From Gnetum montanum (lineage: Eukaryota; Plantae; Gnetophyta), in NCBI GenBank assembly GCA_015680685.1, contig MNCI01002538.1, positions 454,110 through 518,109 of the forward strand: DNA of 64,000 bases, given 5' to 3'. A model generated the notes under the pieces. It was not told the DNA's origin and ran no database searches. It was given only the letters and a program-made list of their open reading frames with translations. Of the stretch, positions 11,923 through 25,400 are shown piece by piece (position 1 is the stretch's first letter; each line of letters opens with the position of its first letter). A program made the position numbers and the translations under genes.

Positions 11923-12965
11923 CTATGTTGCCAGAAACNNNNNNNNNNNNNNNNNNNNNNNNNNNNNNNNNNNNNACGTGAGTCATTTAATTTTGAAATT
12001 GATGTTTTTAATTATGTTCATTGAAACCTTTGAGACCTTTTAGATCTAGCAGACCAGTTTAAAATTCCTTCAATTTTTCTTTTAATAAGTCGGTCGTGGC
12101 TCAATTTTAACATCCAGATTGACCTTTTCCTGACCCTGTTTTTCGTCCTGCAACACGGGAAACTTCCCTTACAATTTTGCAAACTCGGAACTGCGCCCCA
12201 AGTATATTTTAATCCTAAGTGCTAAAAACAGAAGTTCTTACTTAGGAAATTAACATCTAAAACAAATCATATGATATTATGATGGACAATTTTTTTTTAA
12301 AAGTAAAGCCCTCATCAGTATATGACTGAAATATGAAATTATAAATGATTAAAGTTCCTAAAAGAAAGGAATTAGGATTTCCTTCCCTGGGTATCACGGC
12401 AACCGAAGAAGTGGTTAAGACGCAGAATTATGACGTTTCGCCTGTGTTTTGCTTACAATAAACCACGTAGTTGGGTTTTGTATTACAAATATTTTATAGT
12501 GCCTTCCTGAATTTTATTAAAACATCAAATCAGCGTGACGAAAACGCAAATGCAGAAAATTTCACATGTATTTCACGCCCACAAAAGGAAACTTCCCCGA
12601 GGGCAATCGAATTACGAAAGTCCACGCCTAAATTGACCAAAATTGTTCTTAATATATATTTTTGTTTTTTTATTAATTTTTTTTCAAAAAATATTTATTT
12701 TTTAAATAAATTATTTTACAACTTCTATCTGATGGGTAATTGTTCTTAGATACCAATAAATAAAAATATTGTAAATTTTTATATATAAAAATCATTATAT
12801 TGTATTGCATTTTAAATTGTTGTTCTATGAACAAAGAAATATACACATAATTTTATTAAAATATACAGATTGCTAAAGTTTTAGTTTCTTTTTCCCAACC
12901 TGATTTTTTGCCCTTTCCGTTCCGTTGCCGTCACGTTGCGCCGTTTCCCGTTTCCAGCAAATATG
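11923..12965. mobile_element. Non-autonomous hAT-type DNA transposon (~1.04 kb) inserted in CRK exon 5
   Basis: Exact 8-bp TSD CTGCAATT at 11915-11922 and 12966-12973. Imperfect TIRs CTATGTTGCCAGAAAC / revcomp CATATTTGCTGGAAAC. Clustered subterminal CCGTT motifs at 12917-12953. Removing the insert restores AKGLLQ|LHQDS. N gap at 11939-11975. Confidence 0.85.
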
Positions 12966-13346
12966 CTGCAATTGCATCAAGACTCTGATATCAAAATCAT
13001 TCATCAAAATATCAAAGCAGCTAACATTTTACTGGACCAGCTAAGATTGCACATTTTGGTTGGACACCCAATCTCGGATTCTCACCAGTACCTCGTAAAA
13101 ATTCAGGATCAAAATAATGATTTAATAAAAAATAAAAATAATTAAATTATGCTAACTATAAATAAAATATTTTTCTTGCCATTATAATCATTATTCTTTT
13201 ACCAGTGGATACATGGCACCGGAGTATGCAATGCAAGTACAATTATCCATAAAGGCAGAAGTCTGTAGTTTTGTATTCTTCTTAGGGAAATAATTTGCGG
13301 AAGAAATAAAAAAGTATTCTAGCAGAGGTAAACTCAGCACTTTAGA

Positions 13347-13511
13347 CTGCAATAGACACTGTTACTGTTAAGTTTTAATTTGGACTTTAATACAGATTGA
13401 CTTACCAAAAAATATGTGTGTTATTTTAACTGCAATAAACACTGTTACTGTTACGTTTTAATTTGGACTTTAATATAGATTGACTTACCAAAAAATATTT
13501 GTGTTATTTTT
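13347..13511. repeat. 83-bp tandem duplication in the last CRK intron
   Basis: CTGCAATA(G/A)ACACTGTTACTGTTA...GACTTACCAAAAAATAT(G/T)TGTGTTATTTT at 13347 and 13430, with few mismatches. Confidence 0.92.
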
Positions 13512-14709
13512 AAAATTTTTATGTCAGACATGGAGATTATTTCAGGAGGGCGACATGGAGATTAAATTGAATTGTGTTGAAAACAAGTAATGAGGTTCAT
13601 GCATGTTGCACTTGTATGCACGCAAGCAAATGCAGAGTTACGACCGCCAATGTCAAGAGTGTTGTGTATGCTTTCCGATGCCTCTGTCACTTTACCATAT
13701 CCCACCATGCCTGCATTTGTGAATTTTAGCAGTGACTCTGATTCCAAAACTGCTAACGGGGTCACCTGCCGACAACACCAAGAACCTCGTTACCATCATG
13801 TTAAGAGCAATAGAGCATTGCTGAGTGCACGTGCCCCAATAAGATAAACCCTTTGTTCCAAGTACAAGGGTTCTTTTCAGTTTGGAAATTCACATTTCTT
13901 TCAAAGATTGAGGTGTACTTTACTTTGTTATTTAAGTTTAGTTTTAAATTTTAATAATTGTTATATTTAAAACTTGTTTTTGGAGAAAAAGTGAAGATAC
14001 GCCAAAGTTAACTGTGTGTTGGCTCTTAGATCTACCTATTTAATTTCATCTTGGAATTGATAATGAGCAGCCCATCCTGAGATCTATAATATAATGAACA
14101 TTCACTTGTGTGTGCTCTATCTTGAAGGATTGCTTTGTGGAATAAGGAATCAACGACTTGTAATGCTGCAAATATAATTTCATTCTGCAAGTGTTTTTTT
14201 CTGTTAACTCTGTTACCAATATATAATAATTCCGCATTTCATCATAACTTGGGATATTTGTAATAATACAAAAATTAAAAGTGGAATGAAGATATAGAAA
14301 TCAACAGACGAATGAACAAGTTTAATGTTCACTGTAGGATTGTCTTAGGCATGTTTTTTAATATTCCGTTACAACATAAACACATTGTGGACGGTGAAAA
14401 AGTTTGTCCTTGTCACTGGTTTATGGAGAATTTCATCATTCATAAATCAAATGCATTAATGATTTCTATTGAAATTGAAATGTTAAGGGTTTTTTCCCAT
14501 TGTAATATGCAAGTATAATCTATAAGTTTGTCTATTGCTGGAGAAACATAATCCAGGTAGATGTGAGTCATGAATGTGGCATTCGAGCATGCAGTTATTC
14601 TAGAGTACAATATTTAACCTTCTTTGTTGCTTCTGTGTTATCAGATTTGATCAAATTCAATTTATTTCTTTTAAACAAATTTGTACTCTAAAATTTAAAT
14701 CACATGGTC

Positions 14710-15790
14710 AGGGGCTATGTGGGGGATGCACTTTAGGGTACAAAAGAAGAACAATCTATTCTCAAAAAAGCTATGGTAGGACCTTTTTATGGACTAATAA
14801 TTTTTTAGAGACCTAGGATTATGATGCTTCCTCTGTGGACATATCTTGCTTTTTTTGTATTTCTTAATATCTTTATGCTAAGTATTTTCTTGGTGAGTTC
14901 AAGCTCCTTCATTGCATAGGTCTAGCTCAACTCCTTTTCCAACTTGTCTATTTTCTAAACATCATGGCCAGTTATCAACGTATCATCCATAAAAAGTAAG
15001 AGAATAATGAAATTACCATTAAAGAATTTCCTAACATAAACAAAATGGTCAAAAGTAGTTCTTTTGTACCCATGCTTTCCCATGAAAGAGTCAAATTTCT
15101 TGTACCACTATCGTAGTGTTTACTTGAGCCCATATAAACTCTTATTGAATTTGCATACAAGGTTCTCGTTTCCCTTGAATTCACCATTAAGGAAGACTAT
15201 TTGTACATCTAGTGATTGACTTTCTAAATTTGAATTAGTAGCTAATTCCAAAATAATTCATAGAAGACATCTTAACCATAGGTGCAAAAAATTTCTTTTA
15301 AATTAATACCTTTCTTTTGACTAAAGTCTTTTATCACTAATCATTTCTTGTTCCTTCGTTGCGGACTATTTTTCTAAGATTTTAATCTAAACATCCACCT
15401 ATTTTTGAGATCTTTCTTACCTTTTAGTAATTTTAGCCACTTATAAGTGTGGTTTTCATGTAACAATTACAGCTCTTTTTGCATGGCTTTTAACAACTTT
15501 TCTTTATGCTCATGTAGCATTGCTTCATGGTAGCTTTTTGATTCTCCTCCATCGATGAGCAATAAATACTTATCTAGTGAATATATTTTAGATGGTTGAT
15601 GTTACCTAATGGATCTTCTCAACTAAGGCTCTTCTAGAAGAATTAGATCTTCATGTTGTTCTAGTGTGATATCTTCAATTATGGAATCATTTGGTATGTA
15701 CTCTTGTTAAATTGCATCATTTTCATTATTCTAAGAATCTCCCTCATGGTCCTTACATACTACAAGTAGAGTTGTAGTATCATCTAAATG
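14710..15790 (-). mobile_element. Decayed Ty1/copia RT fragment
   Basis: Minus strand: KAMQKEL*LLHENHTY (~15480), FFAPMVKMSS (~15280), LDVQIVFLNGE (~15200), LFMDDTLITGHDV*KIDKLEKELS*TYAMKEL (~14990-14900). These match the copia motifs QLDVKTAFLHG, YVDDMLI and MKDLG. Confidence 0.8.
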
Positions 15791-15799
15791 GATCTTCCT

Positions 15800-18700
15800 T
15801 CTATTAATTGACTTTGGCCTTTTTCATCCCAATCTTCCTTATATTAAAGTATATAAGCCCAAGACATGTCTCTTAAGAATTAGCTTACTTACTCTATTTG
15901 CCCATCCATTTGAGGATGATATGCAGAAATTATATTTAATTTAGTATCCAAATGTCCTTAAAACACTTACCAAAATCTTGAGATAAACATAGGATCCTTG
16001 TCAAATATCACCTTAACCAAAATCCCATGTAGTCTAACAATATTCTTAATAAATAACTTAAACAATATCATCAGTGATTGCAATGGAATGTTTAGCAAGA
16101 AAATTAGAAGATTTTGTTAACAAATTCACCACTATCAATATAGCATCATGTTTCCCTCTTATCTTTGGTAATCCCAAAATGAAGTCCTTGCTAATAACCT
16201 CCCACTTCAATTGAGATATATTATGTAGATGAAGTAGTCCTCCTATTTTTTGATGTTTAGCTTTAAATTTTTGATAAGTTAAGCATTTAGAAATAAATTC
16301 AATTATCTCTCATTTCATTTTAGATCACCAATATTACCTTCTTAAAATTTGAAATATTTTATCATCTCTAGGATGCATTTGATATCTATTAGTATGAACC
16401 TCTTCCAACAGTTTTTGCCTTACAACTTTGGATACATATAATTTGCTTTTGAATTTTAACTCACACTTTTCTTCTTTTTGTAAATAATGAAGTGAAATAT
16501 GACTTAATTTCTAAAGCTTTTCTTAGTAATAAGCACTTGGCTTTTATTCTTCTACAATCTCTTCCAGTAAACTTAATTGCGCAACCAAGCTATTTATCTT
16601 TCAATCTTCTTGCTAAGTGCATCCACCACCACATTTGCTTTTCGAGGATGATACTTGATATTAAAAGTAAATTCTGCAAGTAGTTTAATCTATATTCTTT
16701 GTTGCAAATTTAATTGTGCTTGGGTCATAAGATATTGCAAACTCTTATGATCTATCCATAAATTTAGTTTCTTCCCAAACAAATAATGTCTCCATATATT
16801 GAATGCAAAAATAATAGTTGTTAACTCCATAGCATGCACAGAATATCTAACTTCATGGTTCTTTAAATGTCATGAAGCATAGGCAATACCATGTCCCTCT
16901 TACATGAGGACACATCCTAATCCTTCACTTGAAACATTGATATACACATCTAATAGTTTACCTAGGGTTTGTCATACTAAAATAGGAGTTGATGTGAGTT
17001 GTTTCTTTAATTTTGAAAAGGCTTACTCATACATTTTCATCCACTAAAATAAATTATCCTTCTTTAATAAATTGGTTAAAGTACATGAAATTCTATTAAA
17101 ATATTTAACAAACCTTTGATAGTAACTTCCTAACCTCAAGAAACTTCATACTTCTCTTACACTACTAGGTCTTGGCCAATCCCAAATTACTTGAGTCTTC
17201 ATTGGATCAACTATTATCCATGCTTCTAATACTATGTACTTTCCTTTACCGAAATGAGTACTTAGAGGGTTGAGGATATAATTGATTTTTTGTTCAAGAG
17301 TCATATAATACGTTTCTCAAATGTTCCACATGTTGCCCCTCACTTTTAGAATATACCAAAATATTATAAATAAACACAATTACAAATTTATCTAGATAAT
17401 GCCTTAATACTTTATTCACTAAATGCATAAATATCACATGAGCATTTTTTAAATCCAAATGGAAATACAAATTATTCATAGTGTTTATATCTTCCTAAAT
17501 GTAGTCTTTAAAACATCTTCTTCAAAATATAGTTGCATCTCTAAACTGATAAAATAAATCATTTATTTGAGGTAAAGGATATTTATTCTTAATAGTAACT
17601 TAGTTCAATCATCTATCATCAGTGCATAGCCTAAAATTTCCATCTTTCTTTCTCATAAATAATACTAGTGTGCCCCAAGGAGAAACACTAACTTGAATAA
17701 GACATTTTTCTAAAAGTTCTTGCATCTATATCCTAAGCTTTCCTAACTCATCGAGGGACATTCGATATGGTGCCTTCAAAATTGATTTTGTTCCTAGTTT
17801 AAGAGTAATTTTTACCTCTATTTCTCTTTTTAGATGTATCCATAGTTCTTCTTTTGTAAATACATCTAGAAATTCATTAACTAGTAGAATATCAACTGTG
17901 TTATCCTTCTTATTTTAAGATTTGACAATAGTCATAAAACATGTATGTTATTTCCTAATCATTTTCATGAAATTCTTAGAAGAAATTAAATCAACTTTAA
18001 TGAGTCTTCCTTTGGCTATAATTAAGACTTGTTGTCCATCTCCTAACTCTAGTTGAATTGTCTTAGTATTTAGTAAAGAAACCCATTATATCTACTTAAC
18101 TAATCAATTCCTAAAATAATATTAGATTCTCTGATATCAATAATAAATAAATCTACATTCCCTTCCTTAGATTGTATTCTTAGTAGAAGATGCTTACATT
18201 CATATTCTATTATGTACCCCACAACTTTAACAAATAATGGAATTTCTAGTTTTTCAAATGTCCAATGTACCATCTCTTCAATGATGGGATCTTTTCTTAG
18301 AGTTTTGGCATGTTTGGAGTTGTTTTGAGCTTATTTTTTTGAGCTCAGGGTGTTTTTGTGTCAATGGAGAATTGTTTGAAAATGTTTAGAGATTCTAGAA
18401 CTCAAAACAAGCATACTTCTTTTTGGTCTTAGTAGGTGAGAGGTCGCAACTAAGACATCCTAGCTAATATGTCTTAACCAACCCCAAGACATCTCATCTT
18501 TCAGCAAGATGTCTTAGCCTAATTCAAGATGTCTCATCTAAGATCTAGTTGTTTTTTCTTGAAACATCTCCCACATGTCCAAGATGTTTCATGCAAGTAA
18601 AAATAATAATTTTTATTTTTAAATAAAAGGAAAGATGAAAGATCACACTAATAAATTATAAATAAAATTCCAAGGCTTGAGTTTGGATAGGCTAATTATA

Positions 18701-21700
18701 AGAGAGAAGGTTAGTCTTAAGGAAGAAGGCTAGTCCTAAGAGAGAAGGTTGGTCTTTTGAGAACTTGTGCAAGGAAAATTGGAGAGGTAAGGGAGAGCAC
18801 TTGAGAGAGGTCAAGAGAATCTCTTGTAAGTGTCTTATCTTAAGCTTTTGCTCCATTGTGAGTAATAAAGGATTGATAGGAGATGTGTGACCTCTAAGAT
18901 CCTTAGGAGAGTTCTAAGTTGAGCTTCAGTTCTTCTCTTTGATGTATTTCTCTACATTTTGATAATTTTATTACTAAAAGGAATATTTTATCCATTTCAT
19001 TATGTTGTTCTTATTTTCTAAGCTAAATTTGTTTATGAAGCTTGTGGAATGGATCCTTTTAGGATCTATTAAGGTGCACTCTATATTATTTTGTATATCT
19101 TTCCCTGGCATAACATAGATCTAATTCTAACTCATAGGTTGATAATTTCTAGTTCCTTTATTTTCCTAAACCATCTTAGGATTATCAGCAACTTCTCTAT
19201 TTTGTGGATAATTCTTGGATTTTGAATAACATCTTCTATTTACGAATTCTACATAGCACTCTTCCTTTGAAGTAGCTTCAAACATTCTTTTTTGATATGG
19301 CTAACTTCTTTACAGTAGAAGAAAATATTAGATCCTGATGGGATCCTAGGATTAAATGGCTAAACTAGTCTAATAAATATCCTAGGTTGCTATTGAACTA
19401 CTCACTTAACTTCTTGAGACTGTTGCTAAACTAGATCATTTATTTCCCTAGGTTGCTTGAATTTATCCTAATCAATTATAATAACAACTCCTTTCTTTTC
19501 TTTTCTTTTTATTTAGGCTACATCCTCCATTTTTTTCCTTTCAACAATAATGGTGTTGGCCCATGCCTCCTCATAATTATCCAAAGCCAATGCTACAACT
19601 ATGGTTTTGATGGAAGACCTTAATTCTTTTACAAATTTTCTAGTACAAATAATCTCATTTTGTAATACATAAAGAACATATTCACATAGTTCAATAAAAC
19701 TATTATCATAATCATAGATGGACATGTATCCCTAAATTAGTCAATTGAATTTAACTTTCTTTTTTCTCAAGGTAGATCTTAGAGAGACACCTATCTTTAC
19801 ACACTTCAGTAAATTGCTTCCATTCTATTCCTTCATCTTTCCAATTCCTAATTCTTTGTTCTTCCTTGTATCATTGCTTAGTTGTACCTTTGAACTGATA
19901 TAAAGCTTAAAAGGTCTTCTTTATAGCAATGCAATATAAGCTTCAGAAAGCTTTCCCTAATCCCTTTAACCATTCTATAGCAATAGTGGGATCTTCAATG
20001 CTTGAGAGGATAGGCAAATTTAGCCTTCTAAAACTATGGATTAGTCACCAATGCTCTCAATCATTTCCTTCATTCCTAGAGCACTTATTATGATTGTTCT
20101 AGTTTTTATTTTAAACAAAGGTCAATAATTTCTCAATTACTTGATTTTGAGTTACCTACAAACTTCATGGACTTTTCTTATGAGATATCATTAATTGATC
20201 TTGTCTCCCACATTTTTTATTGAATCAAATTTAAAAAATATCAAATAAATTAAATAGTTCCTATAAGAATTTAATACTATGTCATCCAAAGAAAAATCCA
20301 TCCTCTAATACCACCCATGAAACTTTCCCATTAATTATCTATAAAATCCTATAAATAACTAATAGAAATGCTATGAAACCCCAAAGATCTAGATTTAACC
20401 CTGATTTACCAATTTATAAAGTAGTCCTAAAATAAATAAAAAAGATCCGTTAGAAGCATAATATATATAGTAGAGAAATACAATGCAGCAAAAGTTTATA
20501 TTACTTGCATATATAATTAAATAAAATTTATTTCAATAAAAATAGATATTTGTATAGCCACAAAAATATAGATGTCTAGAAATTTCACTAGTTGCATCAT
20601 AAAATAGTGCATAAAATAATAATTCCAATAATACTTATTTCACCTCAACCAAACATCTAAAATTAAAGATATTTAGATTTGAAGTTTTCCAAATTAAATA
20701 CTAAAATTAAAAAAAAATTAATAAAAATATTTATACATAATAAAATAATATTAATTTTTCTAAATATATAGTGTAAGGAAAACTATAAAATGATCCTTGC
20801 AATGTCATGATCCTAATGGCATAGATGACAATTTCATATATGTTATACTTTATTATTAATTCTCAAAAATAAATATATGGCTTAAGTATCAAATAAGTGT
20901 ATAAGGTTTCTATTTTACAAATATAAAAAATATATAAAAATTAATTTTCAATATTAAAGGGTTAATCTTCTATAGAATTGATCCACCTTTTGTCCCATGT
21001 GCCTTTTCTAGTGTTTCCATGATTACTTTGGACTCTCTGTATCAAAATGTAGGACAAGTCAGAACCTCTTAAATAAGAAAGGATATATTATTTTCCTTTT
21101 CATAGATCATAAAGATTCTAGGCCAAAAGTCTTAGAATACAAGCTAGACAAAGATTTTCAATAAAATATTCATTAATGTTTTGAAGTCCAGAAATGCCAC
21201 AAATTTTTTTAAAAATCTAAACAAAATCTAAAAATTCAAAGAATATATATTTTATTGAGGCATCATCTGAGGATAGATCTTGATTACCCTCAATAACAAA
21301 GGAATATACTAACAGGTCTTAGAATAAAATCACTACTACCATCAGATTATCTTTTCAATTATTTAATGTCCAAAGATATCACAAATTTATCTAATAATCT
21401 GAAGAGTATATTTTATCTAGGCATCTCTAAAAGCTAGCTCTTGGGTTCCCTCACTCCTAAAGGAACATACAGATGTGTCTTTGAATAATCTCATTACTAT
21501 CATTGAATTATCCTTATGACCAGAAACAAGCCACTCATAGTGGATCTTTTTAATAGTCTCACTATTAACATCCTCAAGAGCTAAGGTACACATATCATCA
21601 TAAGGATAGACCTTAACTATGTTTTACTACATACCACTAGACTCAACTACTTAGTGACATTGTCTTAGCTAGTTTTCCAACTTCACATGAACTTATGAAT

Positions 21701-22449
21701 CAAAATCCAAGGTATGAAATCCATCCAAACTGTTACTTTTGTTGTGTGGATTCCACTAAATGACACTCTACTATTGCATGAAAATGTAGAAATCTAAAAG
21801 ATTCATATTTCCCATTACCAACTGAGCAAATTCATTTCTATAAATATTATTATTTTATTTCAAAAATCCAAAGTATTTCCAAAATATCAAAAATTCCATA
21901 AAATTCTCGCAAAGCCATGTTTATATCAAGAGTTGATTCAAAATAATCATCAAATATCTAAGAAGTAATCTTGTCAAATGTTTTCCAAAGATGAATTAAA
22001 AAATGATTTAGACAAAATTAAATAACTAATTTCCATATAAAAATAACCTTAAATTGACAAGATTTTGATAAAGTCCTGGCATACTAAATAAAATTGTAAA
22101 AGAATTAAATAAAAAAACAAGAAACAAAGAGAAAGCATACAAAATTCACGAAAAAGGAAACTACAATAAGCTTTCTTACTATGTTGACAGGGCTTTTAGA
22201 GTCCTCTTATTTTTTTCTTTCTCATAAAGATGCCCAAATTTAGTTTTTACTTTGCTTTAAGCTAACATGTCATAAACCATCTATGAATGGAAATTAGATG
22301 TATCAAAGGCCATAATCTATCTATAATTACCAAAATCACATGCAGTATGATACTTGGCCTTGGTACATATTTAGAAATAGAAGAAATAGGCTTGGAATAA
22401 AAGATGTTGGACTAAAAATGGCTTTGAAACAAATAAATAGGATAAAAAT
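15800..22449 (-). mobile_element. Decayed Ty3/gypsy (Tekay/Del-like chromovirus): LTR, PBS, gag, protease, RT, RNase H, integrase
   Basis: PBS-like TGGTATTAGAG (20313-20303). Gag MSIYDYDNSFIELCEY...KFVKELRSSIK; knuckle FYCKEVSHIKKEC (~19300). RT SPWGTLVLFMRKKDGNFRLC (~17670) and YLDKFVIVFIYNILVYSKS. Integrase WEVISKDFILGLPK and FDKDPMFISRFW (~16200-15975). The LTR extent (20316-22449) is approximate. Confidence 0.85.
18282..19071 (+). mobile_element. Probable solo LTR (CRM-like) nested in the Tekay protease region
   Basis: Starts TGATG and ends ...GATCTATTA (decayed TATCA). It interrupts the coding sequence and has the same layout as the LTR at 4923-5697 (GACATC/GATGTC array, AT-rich TATA region, purine-rich downstream part). 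No TSD recognised. Confidence 0.6.
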
Positions 22450-25400
22450 TGAAGATAGAGAACTTAGAAGGTGGTTGAATAAGTTCCATAAATTAAAATT
22501 AAAATTGCATGTAAATGTATGTGGTTCTCCAACCTGGGTACATCTACAATTGAAGGGTAGAATCTTTGCACATCTCCAGAATTTGTTCCTTCAAAAATAT
22601 GCTTTCATGATTACCATAAACATTACAATATTTGAGCTTCACAAGGGATGTTTTCACACAGAAACACACCCAACCTTGCAAGGTCCCAACAAGCTCAAAC
22701 GATTTCTTCATGCAAGAAGCACATAAATTCTACATACCTTACAAAGAAATAAAATAAAGATCAAGGAGAGAATGTAACTACAATTATAGATTCCTTACTT
22801 TGAGGCTCTCGTAGTATAGTACAAAACTCACAAAAGATGGACAATTGAGGAGCTAAATAATATGAAAGATGTATATAATGAAGATTTTTTTTACATGAAC
22901 TGTGCTTTCCATTTTCAATAAGATATTATCTCTTTCATAGCCTTTGTCATTGTCAAATGACCATTGGAGCTCATACAAAAGCTAGAAAAGCACTAGTTGG
23001 GATATCTTGAACAAGCTTGATACATGTTGCTAAGATTCTGGAGCTTGCATGTTGAACATATCGCTGAAAATTGGGATGTCTCATATAAGACATCTTAATT
23101 GGAATGTCTCAGTAATACTTGGAATGTCTACTATTTTTCTAGGATGTCTAGCTTGAAACTGAGCTTTGTAAGTAGGACATCTTGCAGTAGAATGAGATAT
23201 CTTAAGAGACACTAGGTCATATTCTTTTGACTTCTCGATGTCTTTTGTCCTTGTAATTTCTTCCATGTCTTTGCAAACATTCTATATCTTTTAGCACTCC
23301 TTTATAATTCTTCATTTTCTTAGGTTTTAACATACTAATAGGTCAACAATCCCCCCCTTTTTGGTGATGTCTAAAATTTAGAAAATGGATTAAATAGCAT
23401 AACACATCCTAATCCTCATTTTTAGGCATCATCAAATAGAAATTTTCTTTTGAAACTCCCCCTAAATATGATATCCCTCATTTTATTTTATTTTATTTTT
23501 TGTATTATTTAGAAAAGATAAGCTTCTTACCTGATAAGATAGGGTCCTATGCCCATGTATTTACATAGAATAATAAGTCTTCATTCATCAAGAGGTTTGT
23601 TGAAGGCATCAACAAGTTGATAATTGGTCCCAATGTATTCTAACTTTATGTATCCAAGTTAAGTATGTTCTCTTATAAATTGATGTTGAATTTCGATATA
23701 CTTTGTACAAGAATGTTGAATAGGATTTTTGGTCATATTAATAGCACTATTATTGTCACAAAAAATGGGTGTGTGATCTAATTTGATTTCTAAATTCTTG
23801 AGAGTTTCTTTCATCCAAAAAATTTATGCCTAATAGCTCTCAACCAAACTATATTCTGCTTCCATCATAGAAAGTGTTGTACAGGTTTGGTTCTTAGTTG
23901 CCCAAGAGATAATACTTCTTCAAATAAATAAGTAATTTCCATTTGCGCTTTGGCAATAATTTGTATAACCTACACAATCTACATCAAAATACCCAACAAG
24001 ATCAAGTGTGGAGTCCTTTGGATACCAAAGTCCCCAGTCAGTAGTATCTTTTAGAAAATAAAAAACTTTTTTGACACCTTTTAAATGATATTCTTTGGGA
24101 TTAGCTTGACACTTGGCACATATTACAATGCTACGAGTAATATTAGATCTACTAGTATTTAAATATAATAAGCTACTAATCATACCTCTATAGAGCTTGG
24201 GATCAATAGATTCTTCTTATTCATGCTTATTAAGCTTAAAATGTATAACCATTGGTACTGTATTTACTTTCACCTTAGCCAAGTTAATTCTTTGCAACAG
24301 ATCTTTGATGTATTTAGGTTGACAAATGAAACTTCCTTCTTTAGTTTAGCCAATTTGAAATCTAAGTAAGTTGTTGAGTTCTCCTATCATGCTCATTTCA
24401 AATTCTATTTATATAAGATTTGAAAACTTCTTACATAAAATCTATTAGTAGCTCTAAATATAATATCATCAACATAAATTTTCACAATGAGAAAATATTT
24501 ATCTTCTTATTTAAGAAATAAAGTAATGTTAGCCTTACCTCCTTCAAAACCATCAAACATGAGATGTTGTGAGAGTCTATCATACAAAGCTCTAGGGCCT
24601 TGTTTAAGCCCATAGAATGTCCTTTTTAGTTTGAAAACATAGTCTAGATGAATAGGATCTACAAATCCTTTAGGTTGCTTAACATATATTTCCTCTTAAA
24701 TAGTCCCATTCAAAATATACTATATATATCCATTTGATACAACTTGATACTTTTGATACTTGCATAGGCTAAAAGAAGTCTAAGTAACTCAAGTCTTGTT
24801 GCAACATAAAACGTTTCATCAAAATCAATTCCCTCTTGCTAATTGTATCTTTTAGCAACTAATTTGGCTTTCTTCTTGATGAGGTTTTTTTTATCTGTCT
24901 TATCCCTAAACATCCATTTTGATTTAATAATCTACTTGGGATTAGGTTTAGGAGTTAATTCCCATACATCATTTCTAACGAATTGATTTAGCTGTTCTTG
25001 CATGGTTGAAATTCATCCTTCCTTCATTTTAACATATCTAAAATTTTTGGGCTCAAGTTGTGAAAGATAGGTAGCATATGCACATATTTCCTTTGTTTGG
25101 ATCCTAGTTTGAAACCCATCTTCTACTTATCTAATGACATCATTAAGAAATTTTGATTTATAGTGTCTAGGCATTTTGGCCTACATTGAAGAAGCATCCT
25201 AATGCTCACTTGCTATTTCAGAGTCTTTACTAGTTTGTATGGTGGAAGTGATAGATTTCTTTTGGATAGAAAATTCTTCATCATTAGAGTGTAGAGTTAA
25301 ACCATCACTATCATCTATTTTAACATTTATAGTTTCCTCTATAGTATTGGTTCTTTAGTTAAACACACTATAAGTCCTACCAATATTTGAATATCCTAGA

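Larger units (their letters stand above)
9856..13847 (+). pseudogene. Cysteine-rich receptor-like kinase (CRK; signal peptide, 2x DUF26/Gnk2, TM, kinase) with disabled TM and kinase exons
   Basis: GT-AG exons: 9856-10678, 11037-11186, 11296-11444 (GEGGLGSVYK), 11534-11743 (VAVKKL...HKNLV), 11855-13094 (split by insertion; LHQDS..IIHQNIKAANILLD), 13206-~13327 (GYMAPEY), 13528-13847 (ALVCTQANAELRPPMS). Lesions: TAA 11039-41, TAG 11141-43, 1-bp deletion creating TGA 11669-71, further indels in exons 5-7, hAT insertion. Confidence 0.93.

Noticed and set aside
11296-13847. Functional kinase domain or separate cytoplasmic kinase gene
   Set aside because: Frameshift with stop at 11669, hAT insertion, deletions and loss of HRD/DFG.
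22340-22726. 128-aa ORF as a gene (likewise 27654-27953, 28304-28633, 56866-57060, 57533-57724)
   Set aside because: These lie in or across LTRs and show no domain motifs; the first is not preserved in the twin SIRE LTR.
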